A stretch of DNA of 54,477 bases from Candidatus Methanomethylophilaceae archaeon (GCA_050944155.1 JBMNQN010000007.1:1-54477), one strand, 5' to 3'. Positions 28,750 to 40,296 are shown, numbered from the stretch's first letter. Notes: generated by a model from the letters alone, not told the origin. Numbers and translations are program-made.

Positions 28750-29697
28750 TTATCTCCACATATTCCGCTTGCGCATGTATTCCACGGCAATAAGACACGC
28801 AACGACCATGACCGCAATAGTTATCCAGAATCCCCATTTGTATCCAAGCAGCGGCATGTTCTCGAAGTTCATTCCGTAAATTCCGGAAAGCATGGTGGGT
28901 ATCGAAATTACCAGAGTTATGGATGTCAGGAACTTCATGACCTGTGCCAGAGAGTTGTTTATGTCGGATTCCACCAGCTGCCTGGTACCTTTTATTATCT
29001 GACTGTAGGTCATGGTCATCTCAAGGGCCTGGTTGGTTTCGATTATCACGTCGTCCATCAAATCCCTGTCTTCCTGTTCGGTTATGAATTTGTACTGTTT
29101 GCTCAGTCTTTCCATGACCGACTGGTTCACGCTCAGAGACGTTTTGAAGTAAACCAGATTTGACTCCATCTCGTGGAGTTCAAAAAGATCGTTTCTCTGT
29201 GTGGTGTTTCTTATGGACGCTTCGATGATCGCCCTCTTCTTTTCTATGACTTTAAGATAACTCTGATACTGCAGAGCGACCCTGAACAGTATCTGCAGGG
29301 CGAAACGGGTTCTCTTTTCCACGTTTATCGTGTTTATCGCTTTCGACTTACCCCCTATCAGGGAACTTACGGCGCTGAGTTTCTGAAGGCAGACGGTCAC
29401 CACAGCGTTGGAGGTCACGGTTATGGAAAGAGGATACGTGGCGTATTCGTCCCGCTGATTCCTCACTTCGGTTGCCGGGGCGTCTATCAGAATCAGGGAG
29501 TAGTCCTCCTGCATTTCCAGTCTGGAACCCTCTTCGTCGTCCAGAGCGGCGGTCAGACATTCCCTGCCGACATTCAGGAAGGCGCACACTTCGTCTATCT
29601 CTTCGGGGGTGGGCCTGACCATGTTTATCCATACGTTGTCTTTCATCTCCTCCGTAGGAACGGGCCTTCCGTCAACCATTTCAAAAACTTCGTACAC
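28750..29697 (-). CDS. corA: CorA family Mg2+ transporter
   Basis: PTMLSGIYGMNFENMPLL with 2 C-terminal TM; GTG start. Confidence 0.93.
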   Translation of the reverse strand: MYEVFEMVDGRPVPTEEMKDNVWINMVRPTPEEIDEVCAFLNVGRECLTAALDDEEGSRLEMQEDYSLILIDAPATEVRNQRDEYATYPLSITVTSNAVVTVCLQKLSAVSSLIGGKSKAINTINVEKRTRFALQILFRVALQYQSYLKVIEKKRAIIEASIRNTTQRNDLFELHEMESNLVYFKTSLSVNQSVMERLSKQYKFITEQEDRDLMDDVIIETNQALEMTMTYSQIIKGTRQLVESDINNSLAQVMKFLTSITLVISIPTMLSGIYGMNFENMPLLGYKWGFWITIAVMVVACLIAVEYMRKRNMWR

Positions 29698-29719
29698 TTG
29701 TCGTCACCCCCTGATTGTT

Positions 29720-31261
29720 TCAGAATATCATAGCAATGACAACCAGTATTAATAAGAATATCATGAAACCGGAGACTGCGCGGGAGATGTTGTCGGCGGT
29801 CTTTTTTCTTGTCTCCTCGTCGCCGTACCCTATTCTTTCGAGGAACTGTCCCGTCCATCCTCTGAAAAGATATCCTCCGTCGAAGGGGATCGCGGGGAGG
29901 GCGTTGGTTATTCCGAGAAGGATATTACACCAGAACATCCAGAAGAAAAGTCCGGCGGTAAGCCAGAAGGCTTCCCCTCCGGGAACGTCGTACCACCAAC
30001 GGAATTCCGAGGGAACCGGAGAATATCCTCCGAAGGCCACCGTCGTATATCCGAGAATTTTGAGCACAGACGGGACGAATCCCGAAACTCCGTAAGCGGG
30101 ATGGGCGGCGGTTCCCAGCACATGTTCCGGAGTAACGATGCTTAATCCGCTGTAGTTCGTGGATATGCCGAAAAATCCTACTCCATCTTTGGAACCCAGT
30201 TCGAATTCTCCGGTCGTCTCTTCGGACATACCGTCGATGTAGGTAACCTTGACTTTCTGTCCCGGGTGAGACGAAGAAACGAAATCCCTGAAGTCGGCCA
30301 CGCCGCCTATGTGCGTGTCGTTTATTCCGGTGATAACCGTTCCCGCCGCAATGCCCGCATCGGCTGCCGGCGAATTGGGAACGACGGATACGACGTAAAG
30401 ACCCAGTATCATATTTTTGATAAACGTTCCGTCCTGTGTGCGGTATTGCACGATATGCTCTCCCGGACCGAAATCCTCTTCGGAGAGGACGAAGAAACCG
30501 TCGTGCTGAACCGTGTAGACGTCTATCCCGTCGATCGATTCGATAATAGCTCCGGCGGGAATTCCCGAAGCGGGAGAATCAGCCGACACGCTGTATACTC
30601 CCGGACTTCCGTTGTCTATGCCGGCGGCCGTTCCCACGGATCCCAGCATCAGAACCGCGAATATCAGGAAAGAAACCACGGCTGCAACAAAATTTACGGA
30701 GACTCCGGCGGAAAAAACGTTCATCTTGCTTTTGTTCGAAGATTTGTCCACGTCTTCGACGTTCATTTCGACGAAAGCACCCAGAGGAACCACCGCGTAA
30801 ATGGCTCCGGAAGACTCCACTCTGATTCCGTTGGCTCTTGCCTGAATCCCGTGCGCGAATTCGTGTATTATCATCGCAACGATGAGGCCTATGACGGCGA
30901 AAACAAGATTTCTCAGAGTCAGTATTCCCGAAACGGAACTGGAAAGAGCCGCCGCGGTCGTGCCGGACGAAAAGGCGGCGGGAAGATTGACCATGGCTGT
31001 GAGCATGAAGAATACCATCACGGCCATGAGAACCGCGGAGACGATTTTGGAAAATAAGCCGAAGGCGGAACATAATCTTTTTTTGGACCCGATTCTGTCC
31101 ATGAAGTCTCTGCCGCGCTGGGTTTTGAACATCACTATCGGACCCCGCAGAGAGAATCCCATTTCCTTGGCTTTGGGCGAACTCATGACCCAAAAGAGAA
31201 TTGGAACGTACGCGACAACCAGTACCGTCAGTACGATCCATGCCGTTCCAATCTGTATCAT
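29720..31261 (-). CDS. Site-2 (M50) intramembrane metalloprotease with PDZ domains
   Basis: IHEFAHG, GAFVE, NALPAIPFDGG; two SPA PDZ-like segments. Confidence 0.92.
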   Translation of the reverse strand: MIQIGTAWIVLTVLVVAYVPILFWVMSSPKAKEMGFSLRGPIVMFKTQRGRDFMDRIGSKKRLCSAFGLFSKIVSAVLMAVMVFFMLTAMVNLPAAFSSGTTAAALSSSVSGILTLRNLVFAVIGLIVAMIIHEFAHGIQARANGIRVESSGAIYAVVPLGAFVEMNVEDVDKSSNKSKMNVFSAGVSVNFVAAVVSFLIFAVLMLGSVGTAAGIDNGSPGVYSVSADSPASGIPAGAIIESIDGIDVYTVQHDGFFVLSEEDFGPGEHIVQYRTQDGTFIKNMILGLYVVSVVPNSPAADAGIAAGTVITGINDTHIGGVADFRDFVSSSHPGQKVKVTYIDGMSEETTGEFELGSKDGVGFFGISTNYSGLSIVTPEHVLGTAAHPAYGVSGFVPSVLKILGYTTVAFGGYSPVPSEFRWWYDVPGGEAFWLTAGLFFWMFWCNILLGITNALPAIPFDGGYLFRGWTGQFLERIGYGDEETRKKTADNISRAVSGFMIFLLILVVIAMIF

Positions 31262-31295
31262 CCTAAGCCCCCAAGGCGTTTACATATAATATTGA

Positions 31296-31961
31296 TTACG
31301 CAAAACGCAGCACAACGTCCGCAGGATTCATTTCCTTTATTATTTTCTCCGCCCAGCGGAGCTTCTTTGCCGAACGTTCCGGGTCTTCCCCTTCTCTCAC
31401 CCTGGGTCTTTCGAAATCGAACCCTTCCAGCATTATCTCTTTAGCACCGAAATGTCTCGCCGTGCACACGGCACGGTCGCCGTCGGTGAATCCCCCGAAA
31501 TTCATCACGATTCCGTAAGGTTTCGACTGCGTCGTCAGTATCACGGGACCTTCGAATCTCCCAGCATATTTTGTTACCAGTTCGGGATTGTCGCCGTGGG
31601 CCAGAATCAGCGTAACGGAGCCCATGGAACTTGCCTCGATCTGCGCTTCCGCGTTTCCATCCAGGTCGGTGACCACGATGTCCGGAACTATTCCCGCGGC
31701 AAGAACTCTCTCGGTGGCGGAGCCGGCGGATATCTGCGTTCCCCTGTGAATGTTTTTTCCGATATCTTTTTCCAAACCGTACGAATCGCCGAAAACCGTA
31801 ACGGTTTTGCCTACCGTCTCTTCGAGAATATCTCCGTCCTGAAGATCGGAATTTAAAGTTACGGCCATCAGGGCCCTTACGGACTGGTCGTCGGAATACG
31901 GGTCGATTCCCAAATCTTCGCATATTTCCAAATAAACGGGTTTCCACTCGGAATATTCCAA
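31296..31961 (-). CDS. mptE: 6-hydroxymethyl-7,8-dihydropterin diphosphokinase MptE-like
   Basis: PDIVVTDLDG, AHGDN, NFGGFTDGDRA, GFDF, KKLRWA; TTG start. Confidence 0.88.
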   Translation of the reverse strand: MEYSEWKPVYLEICEDLGIDPYSDDQSVRALMAVTLNSDLQDGDILEETVGKTVTVFGDSYGLEKDIGKNIHRGTQISAGSATERVLAAGIVPDIVVTDLDGNAEAQIEASSMGSVTLILAHGDNPELVTKYAGRFEGPVILTTQSKPYGIVMNFGGFTDGDRAVCTARHFGAKEIMLEGFDFERPRVREGEDPERSAKKLRWAEKIIKEMNPADVVLRFA

Positions 31962-31963
31962 CC

Positions 31964-33085
31964 TTACGCCTCCGCCGGCGGAACGGACGTTATAACGTAA
32001 CGCTTGAGGTGTCTGCGGAGTATGGAGGAAATAATGGTGAGGCTGACTCCGACCGCGATTTCCGCCGCAATGATTCCGGTGATGTTCAGTCCCGTGCTGA
32101 TGTAGGACATGAAAAGGTCCATGGCCCCTATCAGAACCATTCCGACACCCAGCATGTTTATCGTTCCCGTTATGAAACTGAGTTTAATGCATCCGGACGA
32201 AAGATATTCCTCGATGGCCCCGCCCAATGCGTATACCAGATATCCGAAGATGAACGGCCACACGGTAACCGTTCCGAACCTCAGAACCATCAGGTACAGC
32301 GAAGGGGAGTAATAATCTCTTATCGTCAAAACTCCAAGGACGAGTCCCGACACGATAAGTGCCAGAGCCATTAAAACGAACGTGGTGATCAGACTTCCGG
32401 ATTTGATGCGCTGATACATCTTCGACATTGCGTCGGAAATACGGTCTATCAGACTGTATCCGGAAACAAGAATCATAATTCCTATGATGAGTGCGATAGT
32501 TGCGCCGGATACCCTCTGGAAGTTGCTGGGAGCGAACCCGTACAGATAGAGCATGGGTATTATGTACGCAAGGGCTATAAGAGCCAGCATCCACCCTATG
32601 GGTGTAAAGAATCTCTTCTTCTTGGCCGGATCGCTCATGAGCTTCGAAATAACGTAAACGGTTCCTTCGAGACCCGGGGCCTGTTTGACGAAAACTTTTT
32701 TCACCGAATCGATGGGAACTCTGGACGAAATTATGGGATAGACGTACTCGTCTTCGGCTCCGTCGCCCACCAGAATTACCCGGTCGGGGGAAACTTCCTC
32801 CAGAACCTGATTCAGTTCGTCGATTATGGCGGAGTCCGAACGGTGGCCGATTTTGGGGTTTCCGCATATGAGGGCTATTTCGGCGCCCTTGCCTTCGCCG
32901 ATTATGTCTTTGTAGATGCTTATGGCGGCGAACACCGTGTTGATGTCGGAATCCTCGGGGTCGGCGATTCCCAGAGCGGACGCTGCAACCGAACATGCCT
33001 CGACCCCTATCGCGGGAGATTCCACTCCCGCCTTGACGCCGAAGTCGTCGTCTCTGTCCACAACGAGAACCAACGTCTTCTTCAC
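31964..33085 (-). CDS. DUF373 family membrane protein
   Basis: LVLVVDRDDDFG.K, DPEDSD.N, VGDGAEDE. Confidence 0.88.
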   Translation of the reverse strand: MKKTLVLVVDRDDDFGVKAGVESPAIGVEACSVAASALGIADPEDSDINTVFAAISIYKDIIGEGKGAEIALICGNPKIGHRSDSAIIDELNQVLEEVSPDRVILVGDGAEDEYVYPIISSRVPIDSVKKVFVKQAPGLEGTVYVISKLMSDPAKKKRFFTPIGWMLALIALAYIIPMLYLYGFAPSNFQRVSGATIALIIGIMILVSGYSLIDRISDAMSKMYQRIKSGSLITTFVLMALALIVSGLVLGVLTIRDYYSPSLYLMVLRFGTVTVWPFIFGYLVYALGGAIEEYLSSGCIKLSFITGTINMLGVGMVLIGAMDLFMSYISTGLNITGIIAAEIAVGVSLTIISSILRRHLKRYVITSVPPAEA

Positions 33086-33211
33086 GAACCTTAATGCAGT
33101 CGTTAAGATAAACGCTTTCCTGCTTACAACTGCGTCTCCGTTCCCCGGAAACGTACGGCGGGAAAAAGAATTCCGGAAACAAATCTATATCGGGTATGCG
33201 TTGGACGGTGC

Positions 33212-33856
33212 ATGCTCATCAGATGGCACGGCCACTCATGTTTTGAATTCGGCTGCGACCTCGGTATCCTGGTCATAGACCCCCACGACGGAAAATCCCT
33301 GGGTATCAAACCCCCCTCCCCCGGCAGCGCGGCGGCGGTTCTGATGTCCCACGACCATTACGATCACAACGCTTCGAGAGTCGTAAGCGGAGACCACAAG
33401 GATTTCACCGGGAAAACCGGAAAATTCAAAGCCGGACCTTTCGAAGTGGAGGGTCTCGGAACCTATCACGACGACGAACAGGGCGCCAAACGGGGACTTA
33501 ACTCGATGTATCTCTTCGCCATGGACGGAATTTCCGTCTGCCACTGCGGAGACCTGGGAGCGATTCCTTCGGAAAAAGTGATGAAGAAAATAAAGAACGT
33601 CGACATCCTCTTCGTCCCGGTGGGAGCCAACTATACGATGGACCTTCCCGAGGTGAAAGAGTTCATAGCCGCCGTGGACCCGAAAGTGATAGTGCCCATG
33701 CACTACAGGGTTCTGGGTCTGTGCATACCCATACTCCCGCTGGACGATTTCCTGAAAATGGTTCCCGCGGAAAACGTGGATTACGTGGGAAACGAAATAG
33801 ATCTTTCCTGCGACGAACTTCCCGAACACAGCGAGTGCTGGGTCTTCGACCGTTAA
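33212..33856 (+). CDS. MBL-fold metallo-hydrolase
   Basis: WHGHSCF, SHDHYDH, HCGDLG, VPMHY. Confidence 0.92.
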   Translation: MLIRWHGHSCFEFGCDLGILVIDPHDGKSLGIKPPSPGSAAAVLMSHDHYDHNASRVVSGDHKDFTGKTGKFKAGPFEVEGLGTYHDDEQGAKRGLNSMYLFAMDGISVCHCGDLGAIPSEKVMKKIKNVDILFVPVGANYTMDLPEVKEFIAAVDPKVIVPMHYRVLGLCIPILPLDDFLKMVPAENVDYVGNEIDLSCDELPEHSECWVFDR

Positions 33857-34515
33857 AACAGGTTCAGACCGTCTTCGATTCTTCCCAGTTCCAGAGGCAT
33901 GGTCTGGTCGCCGACGAGGGCTCCCTTTCCGTTGGCGATTATTCCGGAACCGAGGAAATCCACCCCGTGGTTTACGGTGGTGCGCACGGGGCGCACCTTC
34001 AGAAGATCTTCGATAAGTTCGACTTCTTCGTCCGAAGCGTCGGGATGGCAGATGCACCCTTTGTTGGTGACGACGCACACCGAACCCACGGTGCCGATTC
34101 CCGCAACGGATGCTCTCACGCACTCCACGCCGAAAGTGTCGGAAAGTTCGGAAACCGCTTTATCCGAAAGGGAAGGGTTGGCTATGCATCCGTAATCGTT
34201 TACGACTACGTTGTTTCCGGCGGCGTTGAACCTTCCGGAAAGCAGACAGACTTCCTTGCCCGTGAATTCGCGTATTTTGGAAACTTCCGAAGCGGCGGCA
34301 AGGCCGGAAACGACGGTGCCGTTGGAGTTCATGGCCGCCAGGGAACCGACGACGGAGGATCCGGAAACGGAAACCTGCAGCGTCTTTACGCCCAGAACCG
34401 TTTCCAGGTCTCTCAGAAAACCCGGGTCGGCGTCGGTGGCGACCAAAGCGGTTTCCTCGCAGGCGACGGCGTATACGCCGATGTTTGGGTTGCCGCCGTA
34501 GCGGGAAAGCCGCAT
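33853..34515 (-). CDS. eif6: Translation initiation factor 6 (aIF6)
   Basis: NPNIGVY, VGSLAAMNSNG, AGNNVVVND, VGS..VVTNKG..HP, TVNHG. Confidence 0.93.
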   Translation of the reverse strand: MRLSRYGGNPNIGVYAVACEETALVATDADPGFLRDLETVLGVKTLQVSVSGSSVVGSLAAMNSNGTVVSGLAAASEVSKIREFTGKEVCLLSGRFNAAGNNVVVNDYGCIANPSLSDKAVSELSDTFGVECVRASVAGIGTVGSVCVVTNKGCICHPDASDEEVELIEDLLKVRPVRTTVNHGVDFLGSGIIANGKGALVGDQTMPLELGRIEDGLNLF

Positions 34516-34522
34516 CACGGTA

Positions 34523-34783
34523 TCACTCTGCCAGGGTGACTTCCACGAGACCGTCGTCGAATTTGACCGCCCTCACAGCTATTCTGGAGGGAGGGTTGCG
34601 TATTCCGTTTTCCCACAGCTTCTCGTTGAGCGCGGTATCCAGCCATACGTGTTCTTCGTCGACCTTCATGTGTCTCATGATGTTTTCGCGGACTTCCTTC
34701 ACCGCACGTTTGGCACGTTTGGTGCGGGGCGCCTGTTTGGCCGCTCTGAGCGGTATAACAATGATTCTTTCCTCGTCTGCCAC
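34523..34783 (-). CDS. rpl31e: 50S ribosomal protein L31e
   Basis: ERII.IPLR..K.APRTKRAKRAVK...RHMK..LNEKLW..GIRNPP; GTG start. Confidence 0.95.
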   Translation of the reverse strand: MADEERIIVIPLRAAKQAPRTKRAKRAVKEVRENIMRHMKVDEEHVWLDTALNEKLWENGIRNPPSRIAVRAVKFDDGLVEVTLAE

Positions 34784-34788
34784 GGAAA

Positions 34789-34944
34789 TCACTCCTTAAG
34801 TTTTCCTATGCGCCACGATCTCCTCTTGGGGTGGCGGAGGAACTGTCTGTTGGTCCGCATCATGACCCAGGCGGGAACACGGCGGTTCTGGTTGACCCGC
34901 TTGTTAAGCCTTGCTTTCATCGCGGGAGGTTTAGTGCTTGACAT
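34789..34944 (-). CDS. rpl39e: 50S ribosomal protein L39e (51 aa, not in ORF track)
   Basis: [51 protein letters not shown]. Confidence 0.95.
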   Translation of the reverse strand: MSSTKPPAMKARLNKRVNQNRRVPAWVMMRTNRQFLRHPKRRSWRIGKLKE

Positions 34945-34945
34945 T

Positions 34946-35296
34946 TTACTTCCTCTCTATTTTGATATCTCTTCTTTTGGGTGCGACCTGTCTGAGAAGT
35001 TCTCTTAGCATATCGTCGGTGATGGCCCTCTGAAGCCTTCCGGACTGTGCGAGCTGAATCAGCTGGTTTTCAATCGATTCGGCATGCTGCGGGTCCGCCA
35101 GTTTAACGTTGGCGAGTCTGTCCCTGGCTTCCGGCGTCATAATCTGTCTGAGAATCGCCTGTTTCTGAGCCTCGTACTGTCTCCTCTGTTCCTCTGCCTG
35201 CTGCTGCATGGCATAGTCCTGCTGAGCGGCCGCCTGCTGGTTCTGCATTTCGGCCATCCTTCTTCTTCTGAGCTGTTCGAGTTCAGGGTCATCCAT
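34946..35296 (-). CDS. PDCD5-like DNA-binding protein
   Basis: [41 protein letters not shown]. Confidence 0.92.
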   Translation of the reverse strand: MDDPELEQLRRRRMAEMQNQQAAAQQDYAMQQQAEEQRRQYEAQKQAILRQIMTPEARDRLANVKLADPQHAESIENQLIQLAQSGRLQRAITDDMLRELLRQVAPKRRDIKIERK

Positions 35297-35311
35297 ATGC
35301 TTTCTTCCTCC

Positions 35312-35740
35312 TCATGCCTTCATTTCGTCGTAAACCTCTTTCGCCGCATTGTCCAGAAGGGACTGTCCGGCGGGAGATATCGATCTTCCTTCTTTTTCCT
35401 TGGAGACCAGGTATCCTGCTGATTCGAGCTGCATCATGCATTTTCTTACTATGTTGCGGCTTCCTTTCACTGCCCTGTTGGGCATGGATCCCTTGTCCGA
35501 GAATCCTCCGTACTCGGCTGCGAGTTTGGAGGATCCCATCGGGCCCTTTACGTAAAGCTTCCTGAGTATGGACGCGGATCTGGTGTACCACCAGTCGTCC
35601 TGTACGGGAGCTTTTTCTGTGTGCCTGCCCGTCCTCACGTATTCGGCCCACTCGGGAGGCACGATTTTATCGCAGCCCTTGAGTTTTTCGGCCGTCTTTC
35701 TGATGAGTTCTTCGGCAGGGACGTCGTAGACGGTTACCAT
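35312..35740 (-). CDS. rps19e: 30S ribosomal protein S19e
   Basis: MVTVYDVPA, PPEWAEYVRTG, DWWYTR.ASILRKLY, GQSLLD. Confidence 0.97.
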   Translation of the reverse strand: MVTVYDVPAEELIRKTAEKLKGCDKIVPPEWAEYVRTGRHTEKAPVQDDWWYTRSASILRKLYVKGPMGSSKLAAEYGGFSDKGSMPNRAVKGSRNIVRKCMMQLESAGYLVSKEKEGRSISPAGQSLLDNAAKEVYDEMKA

Positions 35741-36010
35741 GTTTGTACCTCATGCGTCCGGCGGGTGCGCGGACAACAGAACTGGTATAAGTGACGTGTA
35801 TAAAAGCATTGCTGGGAAAATAGGAATCTCGGACGCCGCACGTCTTTCAACCCGTGCGGAACGCGGACGTAACATCCGCCACGGCACCTGCCGGGAACCC
35901 GACAGACAAATCCGTGACACTGATTATGCATTCAGATATATGAAACAATCCCGAGGTTTTTCGGAAACCGGGGAATCAAGTATTTAAGACGGGTAGAAGA
36001 TTAAGGAGAC

Positions 36011-36586
36011 ATGGACACCAATCAAGCGTTCTGCACCCAATGCGGTGCGATGCTGGAAGCGAACGATACGTTCTGTCCCAAATGCGGCGCACAGGTCGCG
36101 GAAGCGGACTCTACTTACCGCGGAGAGACGACACCGCAGGGATACGCATACGGAAATATGTCGCTGGAGAAATCCAGAGCGGAAAGCAAAACCTCCAAGG
36201 TCATGATACTTTCGGGAATCTACCTCGTATTCGCAGTAATTATGATAATAGGGTGTTTCTCTTTCGGTTCCGCCGTTCAGGTGTTCGAAGAAAATCCGGA
36301 GCTTCTCGACGACATGGGCCTGACCATGGAGGATGTTCTGGCGCTTGCCGACGTCATGCCATTTGTGGGATACATCTTCCTGGCATCCCTTGTGATGATA
36401 ATAATCGGAATGTATTTCGTTCACAAGAAGGAGAATTTCACGGTTTCCGTGGTGCTCTATGCCCTGGGATCCGCGGTGCTGTTCGGAGCCGCCGCGATAG
36501 GCGGCCTCTCCGAAATGATTCTGGCAATAATCGGGCTCCTGGTAACGTACCTTCTGTACACCGCCAAACCGGCTTTCTCGAGCTGA
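36011..36586 (+). CDS. Zinc-ribbon membrane protein
   Basis: FCTQCG..FCPKCG plus 4 TM helices. Confidence 0.82.
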   Translation: MDTNQAFCTQCGAMLEANDTFCPKCGAQVAEADSTYRGETTPQGYAYGNMSLEKSRAESKTSKVMILSGIYLVFAVIMIIGCFSFGSAVQVFEENPELLDDMGLTMEDVLALADVMPFVGYIFLASLVMIIIGMYFVHKKENFTVSVVLYALGSAVLFGAAAIGGLSEMILAIIGLLVTYLLYTAKPAFSS

Positions 36587-36611
36587 AGGTTCCGCGGAAT
36601 GCCGCGGAATT

Positions 36612-37376
36612 TCAGCTGAAAATTCCGCCGATATAGTTCTTGGTGAGCTCGTTCTGAGGATCTCCGAAGACTCTTTCGGTTTCCCCGAACTCCACCAGCT
36701 CTCCCAGGTACATGAAGGCCGTGTAATCGGCTATGCGCTGGGCCTGCTGCATATTGTGGGTAACTATTACGACGGTGTACTCTTCGGACAGACTTTTGGC
36801 GAGCTTTTCGATTTTCGCCGTGGCTATCGGGTCCAGCGCCGAGGTGGGTTCGTCCATGAGAAGAACTTCCGGATTGATGGACAGGGCACGCGCGATGCAC
36901 AGTCTCTGCTGCTGTCCTCCCGAAAGTTTCATGGCGTAGGAACCGAAACGGTCCTTCACCTCGTCCCAGAGGGCCGCTTTTCTCAGGGACGTTTCCACGA
37001 TTTCGTCCAGTTCCGCTTTGTTTTTGATTCCGTGAATCCTGGGACCGTAGGTTATGTTGTCCCTTATGGTCATGGGAAACGGATTCGGATTCTGGAAAAT
37101 CATCCCTATTTTCTTCCTCAGATCCAGAACGTCGGTTTCGGGGGAGTATATGTTCCTGCCCTCGTACTCTATGGTGCCTTTGACGGTGCACCCGTCCACC
37201 AGGTCGTTCATCCTGTTGATGGACCTGAGAAGGGTGGATTTTCCGCACCCGGAAGGCCCTATGAGCGCGGTGATTTTGTTTTTCCATACGGGCATCGTTA
37301 CGTCGAACAACGCCTGTTTCTGTCCGTACCAGAGGTTGAATCCGCTGATATTCATCGATTTTTCTTTAATTTCCAT
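36612..37376 (-). CDS. pstB: Phosphate ABC transporter ATPase
   Basis: [47 protein letters not shown]. Confidence 0.97.
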   Translation of the reverse strand: MEIKEKSMNISGFNLWYGQKQALFDVTMPVWKNKITALIGPSGCGKSTLLRSINRMNDLVDGCTVKGTIEYEGRNIYSPETDVLDLRKKIGMIFQNPNPFPMTIRDNITYGPRIHGIKNKAELDEIVETSLRKAALWDEVKDRFGSYAMKLSGGQQQRLCIARALSINPEVLLMDEPTSALDPIATAKIEKLAKSLSEEYTVVIVTHNMQQAQRIADYTAFMYLGELVEFGETERVFGDPQNELTKNYIGGIFS

Positions 37377-37381
37377 TGAAA

Positions 37382-39424
37382 TCACCATTTAGTGTTCTTG
37401 GAGTAATGGTGCCTTACCAAGGATGCCAGAAGGAACATGGAAAGCACAAGCATCAGAAGAACCACCGCGACTCCGTAGGCTATGTCTCCCGCGTTGGGAA
37501 CTTCCGTGGCCATGCGGTAGAGGTGGTACGGCAGAGCCATGACCGCGTTTCCGGGGTCCGCGGATATGCTGAACTTCAGGGAAGTGACCGCCGTGAACAT
37601 GATCGGAGCGGTTTCTCCCGCCGCACGCCCTATGGAAAGTATGACTCCCGTGACGACCCCGCCCGCGGCGGCGGGAAGGATTACGTGCACAATGGTTTTC
37701 CATTTGCTCACTCCCATGGCCATGGAGGCCTCCATCATGCTGCGGGGAACCGCCGAAATCGCTTCTTCCGTTGTTTTTATCACAACCGGTAGTTCCATGA
37801 AAGCCAGAACGATGCATCCGGCTATGAGGGAATATCCCCATCCGAACAGAATCACGAACACGGACATTCCGAAAAGACCGAACACGATGGACGGAGTGCC
37901 GTTCAGCGCGTTTATGGCCTGGCGGATCAGCCCCGTCGTTCTGCTGTTCTGTTTAGCATAAAGGGAGAGGCATATTCCGGTGCAAATTCCCAGCGGCAGC
38001 ATTATGAAGGCCATTCCTACCATAAGCTGCACGGTTCCGAAGATGGCGGGGAATATTCCTCCCTGGCGGCCGTTGTCCCTGGGATACTGTGTGAGGAAGT
38101 CCCAGGAAAGCACGGGAAGGCCCCTCATCATCAGATATCCGAGAATGAACACGAGGATTCCGATAACCATAAACATGGACAGTCTGAGAGACCAGAATGA
38201 CGCTTCCTGTTTCGCTTTGCGGTTGACGCGCCTCGAAACCGTGCTCGCAGCCAGGAAGAGGGAAAGCACCGCGAACGCTACGAGGGTCGTGGTTATCACG
38301 TTGGTGAACAGAGACAAAGCCATCCACGTAACTGCAAACACGAACATGGATGCCAGGATTTTTCTCAGAAGGGGTTTGAATCTGCGGTAATTTTCCGAAG
38401 CGGACTGGGGAATGATCTTTCCCATCTTTTCCGAGACGGCAACGGAAAATCTGGACGGGGGAATCGCTCCCATTTTGACCTTGGTCCTTCTGCCTATGTG
38501 GGAAGCAATAAGATTCACCGTCACGACGGATATCATCAGTATGAGTGCGACCGCGAACAGAGACGAATAGTGGGTGCTGCCGAACACGACTTCCGGCATC
38601 TCCCTTACCAGCGTTGCGGTCATGGTTCTCACTCCGGAGAACACGTTCCACAGAGGTTCCGGTATTATCGCGACGCTTCCCGTAACCATAACGACCGCCA
38701 TGGTCTCTCCCATGACTCTTCCGATACCCAGTATGAACGAGGCTATGACTCCCGAAGAGGCTCCGGGCAGAACGACCTGACGGATCGTTTCCCATCTGGT
38801 GGCACCCATGGCGAGAGAAGCTTCGCGGAAGGAACGGGGGACTGCGCGCAGAGAATCTTCGGAAACCGTTATTATCGTGGGCAGAGCCATGATTCCGAGG
38901 ATAATCGAACCGGCAAGCCAGGAAGTGGCATACGTCATCTGATTCGGAAACGTCTTCAGAAGGAAAGGACACAGAACGACCAATCCGAAGAAACCGAAAA
39001 CGATGGAGGGGATTCCGGCAAAAACCTCGCATATAGGCTTCAGTATGTTGCGGACTCTTTCGGAAGCCAGTTCCGAAAGGTATATTGCTGCGGCAAGACC
39101 CAGAGGTATGGAAATGAGCAGTGCGCCCGCGGTTACGAGCAGGGTACCCGCGATAAGGGGAAGAGCTCCGTAGTATTCTATGGACGGAATCCAGTATTCT
39201 CCCGTAAGGAATTCGACGACGCCGACTTCCCTGAACGCGGGGATGCTGAGATACGATATGTAAAGTATTATGGAAAAAACAATGGCCACGGCCGAGAAGG
39301 CTATGACCGCAAGAAAGAGTTTCGGGGCAGTATCCGAATCAAACCTGCGTTTGACGACGGAGTCCGGACTTATTTCCGGCGTTTCGACTGCCGTTTTTTC
39401 GAATACTGCCTCAATGGGATTCAT
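37382..39424 (-). CDS. pstA: Fused phosphate ABC permease PstC-PstA
   Basis: Two permease units in one 680-aa ORF: [15 protein letters not shown] and [19 protein letters not shown]. Confidence 0.92.
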   Translation of the reverse strand: MNPIEAVFEKTAVETPEISPDSVVKRRFDSDTAPKLFLAVIAFSAVAIVFSIILYISYLSIPAFREVGVVEFLTGEYWIPSIEYYGALPLIAGTLLVTAGALLISIPLGLAAAIYLSELASERVRNILKPICEVFAGIPSIVFGFFGLVVLCPFLLKTFPNQMTYATSWLAGSIILGIMALPTIITVSEDSLRAVPRSFREASLAMGATRWETIRQVVLPGASSGVIASFILGIGRVMGETMAVVMVTGSVAIIPEPLWNVFSGVRTMTATLVREMPEVVFGSTHYSSLFAVALILMISVVTVNLIASHIGRRTKVKMGAIPPSRFSVAVSEKMGKIIPQSASENYRRFKPLLRKILASMFVFAVTWMALSLFTNVITTTLVAFAVLSLFLAASTVSRRVNRKAKQEASFWSLRLSMFMVIGILVFILGYLMMRGLPVLSWDFLTQYPRDNGRQGGIFPAIFGTVQLMVGMAFIMLPLGICTGICLSLYAKQNSRTTGLIRQAINALNGTPSIVFGLFGMSVFVILFGWGYSLIAGCIVLAFMELPVVIKTTEEAISAVPRSMMEASMAMGVSKWKTIVHVILPAAAGGVVTGVILSIGRAAGETAPIMFTAVTSLKFSISADPGNAVMALPYHLYRMATEVPNAGDIAYGVAVVLLMLVLSMFLLASLVRHHYSKNTKW

Positions 39425-39432
39425 ACGACCAC

Positions 39433-40296
39433 TCAGGAAAGGGGCACGAAGCCTTCGCTTTTGATGATCTCCTGTCCGTCTTCTCCGAGAATCCAGTCGA
39501 TCAGAGCTTTGATTTCTCCGGTCGCTTCGCCGTCGGTCACCAGATAAAGGTTCCTGGATATGACGTAGGTTCCGTCAAGGACGGTTTCTTCGGAAGGAGT
39601 AACTCCGCCGATATTAACCGCAGTTCCGTCGGTAAGGTCGCCGACGTACCCCATGCCTATGTATCCGATCGAACCGGGGGTGGTGTTGATCGCGGTCAGC
39701 ATTTCGCCGGTGGTTCCCTTAGAGGAATAGTCGTTCAGTTTCGCCTTGAAATCCGCTTCTTCTTTGCCCGAAACGGGTATCATCTTTCCGTCGATGGTCT
39801 CTCTGGTTCCGGAAGATTCTTCGCGGACCAGGGGTACGATGGCTTTGTCGCTTCCGCCGACCTCGTTCCAGTTGGTGTAGGTTCCGGCATAAATCTTGGC
39901 AACCTGCTCGAGAGTCAGGTCGGTTACTCCGGTTCCGGCTCCGACGGCCACGACAACGGCGTCTTTCGCAATGGTTATGGGTACCATTCCGGCGGCAGTC
40001 TCGCTGGATTTAAGGTCTCTGGAACTCATGGCCATGTCGCAGGTTCCGTTTATGAGGGCGTTGATACCCGTACCGGATCCGTTGGCGGTCATCTCGATGG
40101 TGACGTTGCCTTTTTCGTTCTTGTAGCTCTCCATCACTTTGGACATGATGGGTTCGACGGTAGTAGATCCCTGTACGGTGACAGTGACATTCTCGTCTTT
40201 GTCGTCCATCAGAAAATATGCGCCGGCGCCTACCGCGGCGACAGCGATTACTGCTATCAGGACGATTCCGATTGTTTTGTTATCCAAGGTTAGCAC
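39433..40296 (-). CDS. pstS: Phosphate ABC substrate-binding protein
   Basis: N-terminal TM anchor, QGSTTV, GSGTGI, AMSSR, REESSGTR. Confidence 0.93.
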   Translation of the reverse strand: MLTLDNKTIGIVLIAVIAVAAVGAGAYFLMDDKDENVTVTVQGSTTVEPIMSKVMESYKNEKGNVTIEMTANGSGTGINALINGTCDMAMSSRDLKSSETAAGMVPITIAKDAVVVAVGAGTGVTDLTLEQVAKIYAGTYTNWNEVGGSDKAIVPLVREESSGTRETIDGKMIPVSGKEEADFKAKLNDYSSKGTTGEMLTAINTTPGSIGYIGMGYVGDLTDGTAVNIGGVTPSEETVLDGTYVISRNLYLVTDGEATGEIKALIDWILGEDGQEIIKSEGFVPLS

